From: Schmidtea nova
Lineage: Eukaryota
Direction of reading: 5' to 3'
Assembly: GCA_044892505.1 (NCBI GenBank)
Contig: CM097882.1
Span: 186,000,001-186,064,000 of the forward strand
DNA: 64,000 nt
This document shows, one piece after another, positions 43,382 through 54,381 of the stretch. The stretch's first letter is position 1. Each line of letters opens with the position of its first letter. A program made the position numbers and the translations under genes. The notes under the pieces were generated by a model. It searched no databases. It had not been told where the DNA came from and saw only the letters and a program-made list of their open reading frames with translations.

Positions 43382-44583
43382 AAGAAATGGGTCGTCGCTT
43401 GATCTTTTAATGTCTAAATTTGAATCTGATGAGGAATATGTGATATATTTGTCATTGATATGTCACTGATTTTATTGGCTTTGACATCAGAATCTTTTTT
43501 TTCAGTTGAGAAGGCTTTACTGATTTAATTGTTTCTTCAGACTTAATAGGGCTGGTTTCTTTAATTACATTCGAAAAAGTTCCAAAAATTGTTTTTTTTT
43601 CATTGCATATTTTAAAAAATTATGAAATTGTCTTGTTTTGTCTTTGTATTTATAAGGTTAAAAATGTCGATGTAACCAATCAAGTACATGCATCTATACT
43701 GCATATTGGTGTGCATCATGATTCATTACCGACATTTAAGTGTATGCGGCAAATAACTTTTGTGACCTGTATCTGTGCATGCATGATTCAAATATGTATT
43801 TGTCATGCATTAGTATCGCATTTGTACAAATTAATTTCTTTAATAAAAACTGGTGACAAATAAAATTATTTATAATAAAAAATAGTTTAAACTATTTACT
43901 TTAATAATCACTCTTTTATAAACACACACACACAAAATTAAAAAAAAAAGATTTTCAATAATAAAAAACAAAGACAAATGCAAACTAAATATTTATTGCA
44001 TATCAACAATAGATGAATAATGGAATTTTTTCAATTCCTTTCTTAAAAGCCATGTATGATATTTCTTCACACGCTCGAAGCAATATTCGCATCGATTTAC
44101 ACAAATGCTGGCTTTATTAACAATTGGAAGATCCTCGTCTACCATTCTGAGATGATCGATCAATATAGTACGGAGATCGATACCAGATATTGCTCAGATC
44201 TTGAAAGGTAACATTTCCGGAGGGCAGTAAATGAGATCCGTTATCAATCTAGGGTACAACTTCCATCTTTCCGATGAGAATGGACATTAGTTTATCTAGA
44301 AACAAATAAAAAGTAAAAATAGAATATAAAATAGAATATAAACTATGTTTACCATTAATTGAAAACGAAGACATTTTTTGATGAATAACTGAAAAAACTG
44401 TTGGTATTTATACTAATTTATTTAAACACCTGCATACAAACAATCAACCAATCAGAATCGTACATTCGTATTGCGTATGCTATGCATTCATGGATAATAA
44501 AAAATCCAAAAATTCTTTATCTTCAATTATCGATTTTTTTCGCTAATAATTTGATTAACGCTATTTTGATAATCTATATTTTT

Positions 44584-44950
44584 TTACCCAAGTAAAATGA
44601 TTTTACCGCTAGCAAATATGTTGACGCACATGGGGTTATACTTAATAAATCTCAAAGTCGGAAATATTTCAGGTTTATAAACACATTCTATTATCTTTGA
44701 TAATTCATATAAATTGATATGAGTTCCGATATCTGCAGTGACTGTGATCGATTGAATTTGCAAATCATGTATCTTGAAATGTAAATCTTCTACTTTGATG
44801 GTTTTTTTACATGCCATAATTCGGCACTTACCGGTCTTGAAAAATATTATCGGATATATTCCGCTTCTATCAACAACTTGTTGATGCTTTCCTCATGGAA
44901 ATTGTAAATGAGATACTGAACATTTTTCTTTGTAATTTATGTTTCTTAAC
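44584..44950 (-). pseudogene. TBP-like pseudogene of the older Polinton
   Basis: IIFFKTGKCRIMACKK...YKPEIFPTLRFIKYNPMCVNIFASGKIILLG; orthologous to 50130-50600. Confidence 0.85.
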
Positions 44951-45048
44951 AATTATTTTAAAGAATAATTTTCAAATAATTTCTTAACTATGATAACAAT
45001 TGATTAAAACAAATATAAACAATAATACAATTTTAACAATTTTGAAAA

Positions 45049-45670
45049 ATGGAATTAAGAAATGATGCAGTTTATCAAATTGTTGGTCCTAGTGGTAGTG
45101 GGAAAACTTTATTTGTTTGTAAATTATTACAATCTAAAATGTTGAAGTCAAAATTCAACAAAATTTATTGGCATAGAGAAGCTGATGACGAACAATAAAT
45201 GATTTAAAATCAATTTTGTAAGATAAAAATGACGATAATAAAGGTTTTCGATAAAATCTGGTCATCTAGATTACGACAAGGTGATGTAATTATTATTGAT
45301 GATCTTTATTAGGAAGCAAATAAGGAAAAAACATTTATAATTTATTCACGAAAATAGCAAGACATAAAGGTGTCACAGTTATTTTTATAACTCAAAATCT
45401 GCTTCAGAAAGGTGGAGCTCATCGAACACGTAACCTAAATGTTCAATATTTAGTTTTTTTCAAAAATCCAAGAGATGCCACAGTTATTGATTTCCTTGCA
45501 AGACAAGCATACCCTAACAATCGTAACTTCTTAATCAATGCATTTCAAGATGCGACTCAAACCCCACATGGATATATTTTTCTTGATTTTACTCATCAAT
45601 TTCCAGTTGATTTAAGAGTAAGAACTGATATTTTCAATATCGAAGGTGCAATGGTTTATATACAAAGATA
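45049..45670 (+). pseudogene. Packaging ATPase pseudogene (older Polinton)
   Basis: MELRNDAVYQIVGPSGSGKT start identical to 50693; internal stops and frameshift. Confidence 0.9.
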
Positions 45671-46294
45671 ATATTATGTTTGTAATCAATCATGTTTCTT
45701 AAATCACGTGCCAAACAACCAAAGTCATCAAAACTTAGTAAGGTTTTTAAAAAGAATCGTGAAACAATAATTCCATCTAAAACTAGTTTCACACCTTCGA
45801 AAAAATTAATAACTGAAAATTTTCCATCAATGAATCTTATTTCAAGCAATTTAAAACCGACACCGAAGAAAGTTGGAAAAGTAATAAAATCTTCAAATCA
45901 TCGTAGCTTTCCATTTTTAACGCGTTGTTAAAAGCTCCAAGTGCAAAAAGAATGAATATTTTACAATCATTTCCCAATTATGTCATTGACGATTTACTAG
46001 ATGTTATACTTAAAGTAGACAAAGGTAAAATAAACATAAGTAAATCAAATAAAGTTATTTTAAACAAACACAAGAAACCACAGATTATCTCTAGTAAATA
46101 GTAAAAGTCGAAATCAAATGCATAAAATACTATGTAAACAACAAGGAGGGTTCAATGCCGCCCTTTTGCCATTAGCATTATCGTTATTGGGTGGAGTCAG
46201 TTTATTAAGAAAACCATCAACAACATAAACAATCTGACAAACCTCTTTAAGTCAATTATCTAATCTTACATTAAATTTTTAATCTTCTTGTTGT

Positions 46295-47300
46295 AATGGA
46301 GAAGAAATGGAAGAGCCCGAAAGACCCAGAAGGTTATGGTGGGGTCGAAAAGCTAAACAAAAACGTTCCAAACTCGAAAAAAGAGACACACAAGTGGTTA
46401 TCAGGTCAACTAGCATAAACCAATGTTGAAACGATTTCCAACAAGAGCATATAATACATATGGTATTAATGATTTGTGGCAAATGGATTTGATGGAAATG
46501 ATTCCATATTCAAAAATTAACAAGGGATATAAATATTTTTTGACATATATCAATTTCTTCAGTAGATTTGCACGTGCTGTTCCAATCAAAACAAAGTCAG
46601 CTAATAAAATTGCAATAGCAATTAAAACATTATTTGCTGATGGACATCCCAAGAATATACAAACTGATTTGGGTAACAATATAAAATATTATATACATTT
46701 TAATTATAAATTTAGGTAAAAAATTTACAATAGTAAAGTTAAAGAAATTTTCGCCGGGATTAATCATTACTCTGTATTCTTTCAATTCAAAACAGCTCAT
46801 GTTGAACGATTTAATCGAACATTATGAGATCGGCCCAAAAATTATTTTGTATACCAAGTAATAAGACATGGGTCAATGTATTGCCGAAAATAATTCATAG
46901 TTATAATCATTCTCCGCGTCTAGGTATAAATCGATTGAGACCTGTTGATGTTTCAGCAAAAAATACTGGAAAGATTTCTCGTCAAGTAAAAACATTAAAT
47001 AAACCGAAATATAAAATTAATGATCATGTTCGAATTAGCAAAATTAGTACTTCACCATTCATAAAGAATTTTGATAGTAATTGGAGTGATGAGGTATTTT
47101 AAATATCGAAAATATCCTGTCATGTATGTTATTTCTGACTCTGACAATAATGAAGTCAGTGGAAAATTCCACCACTAACTGTATTTAGAATTCAGAGAAT
47201 ATTGAAAACTAAAACGGTGGGTAAGGATAAACAATACTATGTAAAGTGGCATGGATATCAAAATCAATCATCGATATCAGCAAAAGATTTAGTAAAATGA
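46295..47300 (+). pseudogene. Integrase pseudogene (older Polinton), intron 46673-46715
   Basis: WQMDLMEM, QTDLG and HSYNHSP motifs in broken frames. Confidence 0.88.
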
Positions 47301-47582
47301 ATTTCTATACTATTTTACCTAGTAATAGTTGTCCATTTATCCATCCTGACAATCTAGCTAACAAGTTTATGGTCAATCTTCAAATTCCGAATTATTTACA
47401 TGGTGATTGGGAAATTGCATTGCAAGATTTCGTGTTTTTGTACAACACATTTCCATTTTATAGTCAATGTAAGATTGATTACAAAAAGATTGATTCAAAA
47501 ACATGTAGTGGTCTATTCATCATCAAAAATTTTGAAAGAAATTATACTATTCCTAACCAAAATTTGAATGCTTATTGTTGTA

Positions 47583-48636
47583 AGTAGGTAGATGTGTGGA
47601 GCCGGGAACAATTTGATTTCAAGCCATTTATCCCTAAACTGTATAATATTACGTAATAATTTATAAATTTACCCCCCCCCCTCCCCCCCGGGGGGTAGGG
47701 GGGGGGGTACTTTGTTACGTAATAATTTATTATTACGTAATAATTTATTATTACGTAATACTTTATATATTATGTAATTTTTAAAATTTTTAAATTATTA
47801 CATAAGACTATTTTTATTACGTAATTGATGACGTAATACTGAAATTTATTTATTTTTATTTATTTTTTCATAAAATATAAAATAAATTAATTTTTTCAAC
47901 ATTTTTTCCAAAATTTTCAAAAATGCTCAGATTTCAATAATTTTTATACCAATCTACTGAGAATTCAAAGGCGAACAAAAAAGGCACAAAAAAGGAAAAA
48001 CATAAAAAATTGGTATCATCCGACCAAATTTTACACGTAAAAAGGGTCAAGTCGGGGAAATTCCTTAAATTGATTAGAAATTAATAATTTTTATGCTAAT
48101 CTTCTTTCTATTGAAANNNNNNNNNNNNNNNNNNNNNNNNNNNNNNNNNNNNNNNNNNNNNNNNNNNNNNNNNNNNNNNNNNNNNNNNNNNNNNNNNNNN
48201 NNNNNNNNNNNNNNNNNNNNNNNNNNNNNNNNNNNNNNNNNNNNNNNNNNNNNNNNNNNNNNNNNNNNNNNNNNNNNNNNNNNNNNNNNNNNNNNNNNNN
48301 NNNNNNNNNNNNNNNNNNNNNNNNNNNNNNNNNNNNNNNNNNNNNNNNNNNNNNNNNNNNNNNNNNNNNNNNNNNNNNNNNNNNNNNNNNNNNNNNNNNN
48401 NNNNNNNNNNNNNNNNNNNNNNNNNNNNNNNNNNNNNNNNNNNNNNNNNNNNNNNNNNNNNNNNNNNNNNNNNNNNNNNNNNNNNNNNNNNNNNNNNNNN
48501 NNNNNNNNNNNNNNNNNNNNNNNNNNNNNNNNNNNNNNNNNNNNNNNNNNTGAAAAACAAATCATAACAACACACATAAAAATCAACAAAATTAAAAACT
48601 AATGTTTTTTGATAAAAATTTATTAAAATAACAAAG
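47583..48636 (+). repeat. Left terminal inverted repeat (spans a gap)
   Basis: Reverse complement of 62317-63160 on both sides of the N gaps. Confidence 0.93.
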
Positions 48637-48749
48637 TAAGGGGTTTTCAAAAAACATAAATTTTTAAAATACAACAAGTGAGAATTTATCAACATTTATT
48701 AATAAATACACATATATATACAACATCAATGTTATTTATTCGAATCCAT

Positions 48750-49193
48750 CTATGCAATTCTAGCGCTTTTTATTTTCCAAATTGGAGACATTGATTCTTT
48801 TGGATCGATTTTATATCCTTGGATGGATATATCAATAAACCAATTTTCATTATCTGTATATTCAACTGATTGAAATGCATCATGAAATTCGGTGTTCCTG
48901 TTGTTGATGAATATTGTTTCATTGCAAGATAATTTCTTGTTGATTTTCGTCAACACTTTATTGATTGCAACAACATCTTCTTTATAAATCTGACCAATCA
49001 AGTTGGAATATTGAGAAGTCGACAGCTTTACCGGATTTGGGACCTTGAAAAAAATTTCGTTTACCAAGAAAAACATTTGGTAATCGTGAAACATCTGAAC
49101 CGGTTGTAAATCAAATTTGTTTTGAATTGATTTGTTATCGTTCCTAACTGGTTTCATTTTAATTGGACTCGATTTGATGAAAATATTTTGCAT
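48750..49193 (-). CDS. Polinton accessory protein, 147 aa (possible OB-fold ssDNA-binding protein)
   Basis: Clean ATG ORF with TATAAATA ~36 nt upstream; beta-rich C-terminus IDISIQGYK...PIWKIKSARI. Function is inference. Confidence 0.65.
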   Translation of the reverse strand: MQNIFIKSSPIKMKPVRNDNKSIQNKFDLQPVQMFHDYQMFFLVNEIFFKVPNPVKLSTSQYSNLIGQIYKEDVVAINKVLTKINKKLSCNETIFINNRNTEFHDAFQSVEYTDNENWFIDISIQGYKIDPKESMSPIWKIKSARIA

Positions 49194-49668
49194 TTTATGA
49201 ACAAGACTATTTTTATTCTATTATTTATACTCGTCATTGTCTGTGTGCATCCAATAAAATTTTTGCACATGTCTTGCAAATCGATTACACATGTATGCAA
49301 GTTGACGATTATCTCTCTACCTCAATTTCTTTCTATTGTAATTTATTTACATATCTATNNNNNNNNNNNNNNNNNNNNNNNNNNNNNNNNNNNNNNNNNN
49401 NNNNNNNNNNNNNNNNNNNNNNNNNNNNNNNNNNNNNNNNNNNNNNNNNNNNNNNNNNNNNNNNNNNNNNNNNNNNNNNNNNNNNNNNNNNNNNNNNNNN
49501 NNNNNNNNNNNNNNNNNNNNNNNNNNNNNNNNNNNNNNNNNNNNNNNNNNNNNNNNNNNNNCATAACAACACATAAAAAAAAAATCAACAAAATTAAAAA
49601 CTAATGTTTTTTGATAAACTTAATATATAAACAATAAAACGATAAAAGAACATTTTTAAAATAAATAT

Positions 49669-50025
49669 TTATTTATTTACATCAAGCTTTCGTTCATAAC
49701 GATCCAGCTGATATAAGATTTCCTCGCGATCTTTTAAATATGTCCAATTGGGACAACATTTGCAATGAAAGCAGCAAATCGGTTCAATTTTCAACTGATT
49801 TTTCTTCCTATGCTCTCTAATGATATCCTTGATATCGATTCCAGTAAGCATAAATATCTTTACTGGGATCAATTCTGGAGCCCAGTACGTTAAATCCTTC
49901 AGTTGATAAGGATACAGTCTTTCAACCGTTTCGATCAATACTTGGGTAAGTTCTTCTAAATATAAAATTAATAAAAATTAATATATTATTTAAAGATATT
50001 TACCGTCTGTGGATTTATCTTGCAT
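49669..50025 (-). CDS. Two-exon Polinton protein (~102 aa, Cys cluster CCFHCKCC); exons 50025-50004 and 49955-49669
   Basis: ATG plus 22-nt exon, 48-bp GT-AG intron, in frame; the homologue in the older element has the same 22-nt first exon (44374-44353). Confidence 0.8.
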
Positions 50026-50129
50026 TTTGATAAAAATAATGAATAATTTACGTGTTTATATATGAAATATAGTAACACACAACAACCAATAAAAAACATA
50101 CACACTCATTACGTATACATTACAAATAC

Positions 50130-50600
50130 TTAGGTAATACTTAGTAAAAAGTTTAGGAATTCTTCCTCATCAATCATCGATTTTATTTCGTTAATAATTT
50201 GTTCAACCAAATCATGATAATCCAAAGTTTTAATACCAAGTATTACTATTTTGCCACTTGCAAAAACGTTTACACATAATGGATTAAATTTAGAATATCT
50301 CAAAGCTGGAAATATTTCTGGTTCATAAACACAATTAGATTTTTTCAATAATAAATATAAATTAACATGGGATCCTATATCTGCAGTCACTGTAATTGAT
50401 TGAATTTGAATATTTTCTATTGTATATTGTAAATCTTCATTTTTTAAAGGTTTTTTGCACCCCATAATTCGACATTTACCTGATTTGAAAAATATAATCG
50501 TATATTTTCCACTTCTATCGACAATTTGTTGAGGTTTCCCCATTGGAAATTTCATGTGCGAAACTGAGCATTTACCTTTATAATTTATGTTGGTCAACAT
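50130..50600 (-). CDS. TATA-binding protein (TBP)-like protein, 156 aa
   Basis: Two TBP repeats: TIIFFKSGKCRIMGCK and IQSITVTAD...YEPEIFPALRY...VNVFASGKIVILG (cf. TBP YEPELFPGLIY...LIFVSGKVVLTG). Confidence 0.88.
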   Translation of the reverse strand: MLTNINYKGKCSVSHMKFPMGKPQQIVDRSGKYTIIFFKSGKCRIMGCKKPLKNEDLQYTIENIQIQSITVTADIGSHVNLYLLLKKSNCVYEPEIFPALRYSKFNPLCVNVFASGKIVILGIKTLDYHDLVEQIINEIKSMIDEEEFLNFLLSIT

Positions 50601-50692
50601 TTATGATGTAATAAAAATTTAAATATTTTTTATTCGTGTAAAACAATTAATTAAAACAAATATAAACAATAACAATTTCTTTAATATTTTAA

Positions 50693-51316
50693 ATGGAATT
50701 GAGAAACGATGCAGTATATCAAATTGTCGGTCCAAGTGGAAGTGGAAAAACTTTATTTGTTTGTAAATTATTACAATCAAAATTATTCAAATCAAAATTT
50801 AATAAAATTTATTGGCATAGGGGAGCTGATGATGAACATGGAATGACTCAAGATCAATTCTGTAAAATTAAAATGACAATAATAAAGGGATTCGATAAAA
50901 ACTGGTCGTCTAGATTACGAAGTGGTGATGTAATTATTATTGATGATTTGTATCAAGAAGCAAATAAAGAGAAGGATTTCAATAATTTATTCACAAAAAT
51001 TGCTAGACATAAAGGAGTTACAGTAATTTTTATTACTCAGAATTTATTTCATCAGGGTGGTAGTCATCGAACTCGAAATTTGAATGTTCAATATCTAGTT
51101 ATTTTTAAAAATCCTAGAGATGCTACAGTTATTGATTTTCTTGCAAGACAGGCTTACCCTAATAATCGGAATTTCTTGATCAATGCATTTCAAGATGCAA
51201 CTAAAATCCCACATGGATATATTTTTCTCGATTTTACTCAACAATGTAGCGATGAATTACGTGTTAGAACTGATATTTTTAACAAAGAAGGAGCAATGGT
51301 TTATAAACAAAGTTAA
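50693..51316 (+). CDS. A32/FtsK-like DNA packaging ATPase
   Basis: Walker A GPSGSGKT, Walker B IIIDD, ARH, ITQN and FKNPRD, typical of Polinton ATPases. Confidence 0.95.
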   Translation: MELRNDAVYQIVGPSGSGKTLFVCKLLQSKLFKSKFNKIYWHRGADDEHGMTQDQFCKIKMTIIKGFDKNWSSRLRSGDVIIIDDLYQEANKEKDFNNLFTKIARHKGVTVIFITQNLFHQGGSHRTRNLNVQYLVIFKNPRDATVIDFLARQAYPNNRNFLINAFQDATKIPHGYIFLDFTQQCSDELRVRTDIFNKEGAMVYKQS

Positions 51317-51336
51317 ATTCGTGTTCGAAATTAATC

Positions 51337-51882
51337 ATGAGACTTAAAGCACGAGCTAAACATCCAAAGCTATCAAAACTAAGAAAAGTTATTAAAAAGA
51401 ATCGTGAAACATTAATTCCATCTAAAACGAGTTTCACACCTCCGAAAAAATTAATCACCGAAAATTTTCCCAAAATGAATCTAATTTCACACAATTCAAA
51501 ACCCGATAAACCAAAGATACCAAAGGCAACTGCAAGTAAAAATTCTAAAAATCATCGCAGTTTTCCATTTTTCAATGCCTTACTCAAGGCTCCAAGCATT
51601 AGAAGAATGAGTATTTTACAATCATTTCCCAATTATATTATTGATGATTTACTTGATGTTATAGTGAAAATTGTCAGAGGTAAAATTAATATCAGTAAAT
51701 CAAACAAAAATGTATTGAACAAACACAAGAAACCATTATTATCACTCGTAAATACTAAAAATCGAAAACAAATGCGTAAAATAATATATAAACAACATGG
51801 AGGGTTTATTGCTGCTCTATTACCATTAGCATTATCTTTATTGGGTGGAGCAGGATTACTGGGAAAACCTTCAACATCATAA
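51337..51882 (+). CDS. Basic core/DNA-condensing protein with adenovirus pX-like C-terminus
   Basis: Very Lys/Arg rich; ends QHGG|FIAALLPLALSLLGG, resembling the adenoviral pX GG|xLPxLIP tail. Confidence 0.7.
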   Translation: MRLKARAKHPKLSKLRKVIKKNRETLIPSKTSFTPPKKLITENFPKMNLISHNSKPDKPKIPKATASKNSKNHRSFPFFNALLKAPSIRRMSILQSFPNYIIDDLLDVIVKIVRGKINISKSNKNVLNKHKKPLLSLVNTKNRKQMRKIIYKQHGGFIAALLPLALSLLGGAGLLGKPSTS

Positions 51883-51885
51883 ACA

Positions 51886-52119
51886 ATGGGACAAACTCCT
51901 TTGAGTCATTTATCTAATCTTACATTAAATTTTAAATCTTCTTGTTGTAATGCAGAAGATATGGACAAATCCAAAAGACCCGGCAGGTTTCGGTGGAGTC
52001 GAAAAGCTAAAGAAAAAAGTCCCAAACTCGAAAAAAGAAACTCAAAAATGGTTATCGGGACAACTGGCATACAGTCTAAACAAACCGGCATTGAAACGAT
52101 TTCCAACAAGAGCATATAA
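51886..52119 (+). CDS. Small ORF overlapping the integrase 5' end in another frame (77 aa)
   Basis: ATG 3 nt after the previous stop; MGQ start, CC pair, basic tail; corresponding sequence retained in the older copy (~46231-46420). Confidence 0.5.
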   Translation: MGQTPLSHLSNLTLNFKSSCCNAEDMDKSKRPGRFRWSRKAKEKSPKLEKRNSKMVIGTTGIQSKQTGIETISNKSI

Positions 52120-53004
52120 AACATATGGCATTAATGACTTGTGGCAAATGGATTTGATGGAAATGATTCCCTATTCAAATATTAACAAGGGATATAAATA
52201 TATTTTAACATGTATCGATGTTTTCAATAGATTTGCTAGGGCTATTCCAACTAAAACAAAGTCTGCAAACGAAATGGCTGTTGCGATCAAAACAATGTTT
52301 GAATCTGATCGTCCAAAGAATTTACAAACTGATTTGGGTAAGAAGGTATACTAATTTTATCCATTTTTAATTATAATTTAGGTAAAGAATTTTACAATAG
52401 TAAAGTCAAAGAAGTTTTGGCCGGGATTAATCACTATTCGGTGTTCTCTCAATTCAAAGCAGCCCATGTTGAAAGATTTAATCGTACATTAAGAGATCGA
52501 CTAAAAAAATATTTTGTGCATCAAGGTAATAAAACATGGATTAATGTACTACCAAAAATAATACATAGTTATAATCATTCGCCACATAAAGGAATAAATG
52601 GATTGAGACCTGTTGATGTTTCAACGAAAAATACTGGATCTCGCAAATTAAAAACTAAAATAAAGAAACCGAAATATAAAATTGGTGATCATGTTCGAAT
52701 TAGTAAGATTAGCGCTTCGCCATTCATCAAAAATTTTGATAGTAATTGGAGTGATGAGGTATTTCACATCTCAAAAATTAATACTATCCAAGATCCTGTC
52801 ATGTATGTTATTTCTGACTCTGACAATAATGTCGTCAGTGGGAAATTTTATGAACAAGAATTACAAGTTATTCCTCCGCCAACTGTATTTAGAATTCAAA
52901 AAATATTAAAAACTAAAATTGTGGGTAATGATAAACAATACTACGTAAAGTGGCATGGATATCAAAACCCGTCATGGATATCATCAAAAGATCTAGTAAA
53001 ATGA
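51950..53004 (+). CDS. Retroviral-like integrase with C-terminal chromodomain; exons 51950-52337 and 52382-53004
   Basis: WQMDL (D), QTDLG|KEF (D), VERFNRTL (E); removing a 44-bp GT-AG intron restores QTDLGKEFYN; chromodomain YYVKWHGY..SWI. Confidence 0.95.
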
Positions 53005-53996
53005 ATTTTTATATGATTTTACCAAGTAATAGTTGCCCATTAATTCATCCAGATAATCAAGCTAGTAAATTCATGATCAATTTACAAAATCCAATTTATT
53101 TACGTGGTAATTGGGAAGTTGCATTGCAAGATTTCACATTTGTATATAACAAATTTCCTTATTACAGTCAATGCAAAATTTACTACACGATAGTTAGAAC
53201 TGAAACTGTAAATGAATACTTTCAAGTTCAAACTAATTATGAAGATACTCAATATTTGAATGATAAAGTTGAATTACATCTAGATAAAATATATTTACAT
53301 ATAAATTGTGATATAACACCATTTTATTTTAAGTTTGAAAATATAGAAGATGCGAATAAATTTGGGTTTAATGAATTAAAAATCATTAGCAACAATTCAA
53401 CTTATAAAATGCTTATTCCTTCTGAATATTCATCAGAGAAAATGCATATATCAATAAGTTATGATTTAGAAACAGATTTACTTTATGAATTCCAAGATGA
53501 AATATACATGACAAAAGTTGAAGATTTATATAATTATTTGTCAATTTTCTGTTCTCATATATTTCAAGGTGTTGAAATTATTGACAATGTATTCAAATTT
53601 AAACTGAAAGACGAAGTGAAAGAAGTTATATTTGATCAAAAACTGATCAATACACTTGGATTAAAATATGAAAAATATCAAGATAGAGAAGTTAAAGGAA
53701 TTCGCAAAGCCAAATTATTTAATCATCATCAACAAATGTTCATTTACAGTAACATTATTGAACCAATTATTGTCGGTGATTCTCTAGTTCCTTTACTGAA
53801 ATCAGTTTGGATTAATAAATATGAACAAGATGAAGTAGTACAAATTGTTGTTGATAATCCCATGTATTTATCGCTTTCAACTTCATGTATAAACAATATT
53901 GAGATTAATATTCGTGACGATAGTGGAAAGCTTATCAACTTTTCAAAAGATTCAAAAACACATTTGACATTACATTTTCGTAAATTAGATGATTAA
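53001..53996 (+). CDS. Minor capsid (penton-like) protein
   Basis: MNFYMILPSNS...N.ASKF...L.GNWEVAL and MFIYSNIIEP.IVGDS.VPLL...LHFR, typical of Polinton minor capsid; ATG at 53001 overlaps the integrase stop. Confidence 0.9.
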   Translation: MNFYMILPSNSCPLIHPDNQASKFMINLQNPIYLRGNWEVALQDFTFVYNKFPYYSQCKIYYTIVRTETVNEYFQVQTNYEDTQYLNDKVELHLDKIYLHINCDITPFYFKFENIEDANKFGFNELKIISNNSTYKMLIPSEYSSEKMHISISYDLETDLLYEFQDEIYMTKVEDLYNYLSIFCSHIFQGVEIIDNVFKFKLKDEVKEVIFDQKLINTLGLKYEKYQDREVKGIRKAKLFNHHQQMFIYSNIIEPIIVGDSLVPLLKSVWINKYEQDEVVQIVVDNPMYLSLSTSCINNIEINIRDDSGKLINFSKDSKTHLTLHFRKLDD

Positions 53997-54381
53997 TCCG
54001 GACATAATTTCACTGTATAGTAACGGACAAACTGGTGGGGAAATACCATATTTTGTTGGGAAACAGTATGGATCTGGTTGGTTAAGGACTATTGGGCGAT
54101 TTGCACTCCCAATTCTTAAGCGAATAGGTAGTTTTGGTTTGAAAACTGCCAAAGATGTGATCATGAATGATCAGAAAATATTACCATCATTGAAAACAAA
54201 TGCATTGTCTGCTATTGGCAAAGTACTGCCTACTGTGACTAGTATGATTCCTAGTGTAACAAATATGTTTAATAAAGATGAACCTGAACCGGAACCGGAA
54301 CAAGTGGGGCCTAGGCGTAAAAAACATCGAAGGTATATAAACAATAGAATGAAAGGACATGGAACTATATTTGCAAAATGA
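53989..54381 (+). CDS. Small virion protein with amphipathic helix (adenovirus pVI-like, putative membrane-active)
   Basis: QTGG and QYGSG|WLRTIGRFALPILKRIG amphipathic segment; basic C-terminus; lies between the capsid genes. Confidence 0.72.
   Translation: MINPDIISLYSNGQTGGEIPYFVGKQYGSGWLRTIGRFALPILKRIGSFGLKTAKDVIMNDQKILPSLKTNALSAIGKVLPTVTSMIPSVTNMFNKDEPEPEPEQVGPRRKKHRRYINNRMKGHGTIFAK

Larger units (their letters stand above)
44030..47582 (+). mobile_element. Older decayed Polinton, left part (small spliced gene, TBP-like, ATPase, core protein, integrase, 5' minor capsid; all pseudogenised)
   Basis: Same gene order and recognisable similarity to 49669-53200, with many stops and frameshifts; no TIR seen. 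Confidence 0.92.

Noticed and set aside
52338-52417. Apparent frameshift or pseudogenisation of the integrase
   Set aside because: Explained by a 44-bp GT-AG intron conserved in position in the older copy.
52950-53000. ORF-track N-terminal extension of the minor capsid
   Set aside because: Non-ATG start overlapping the integrase; the family-typical start is MNFY at 53001.
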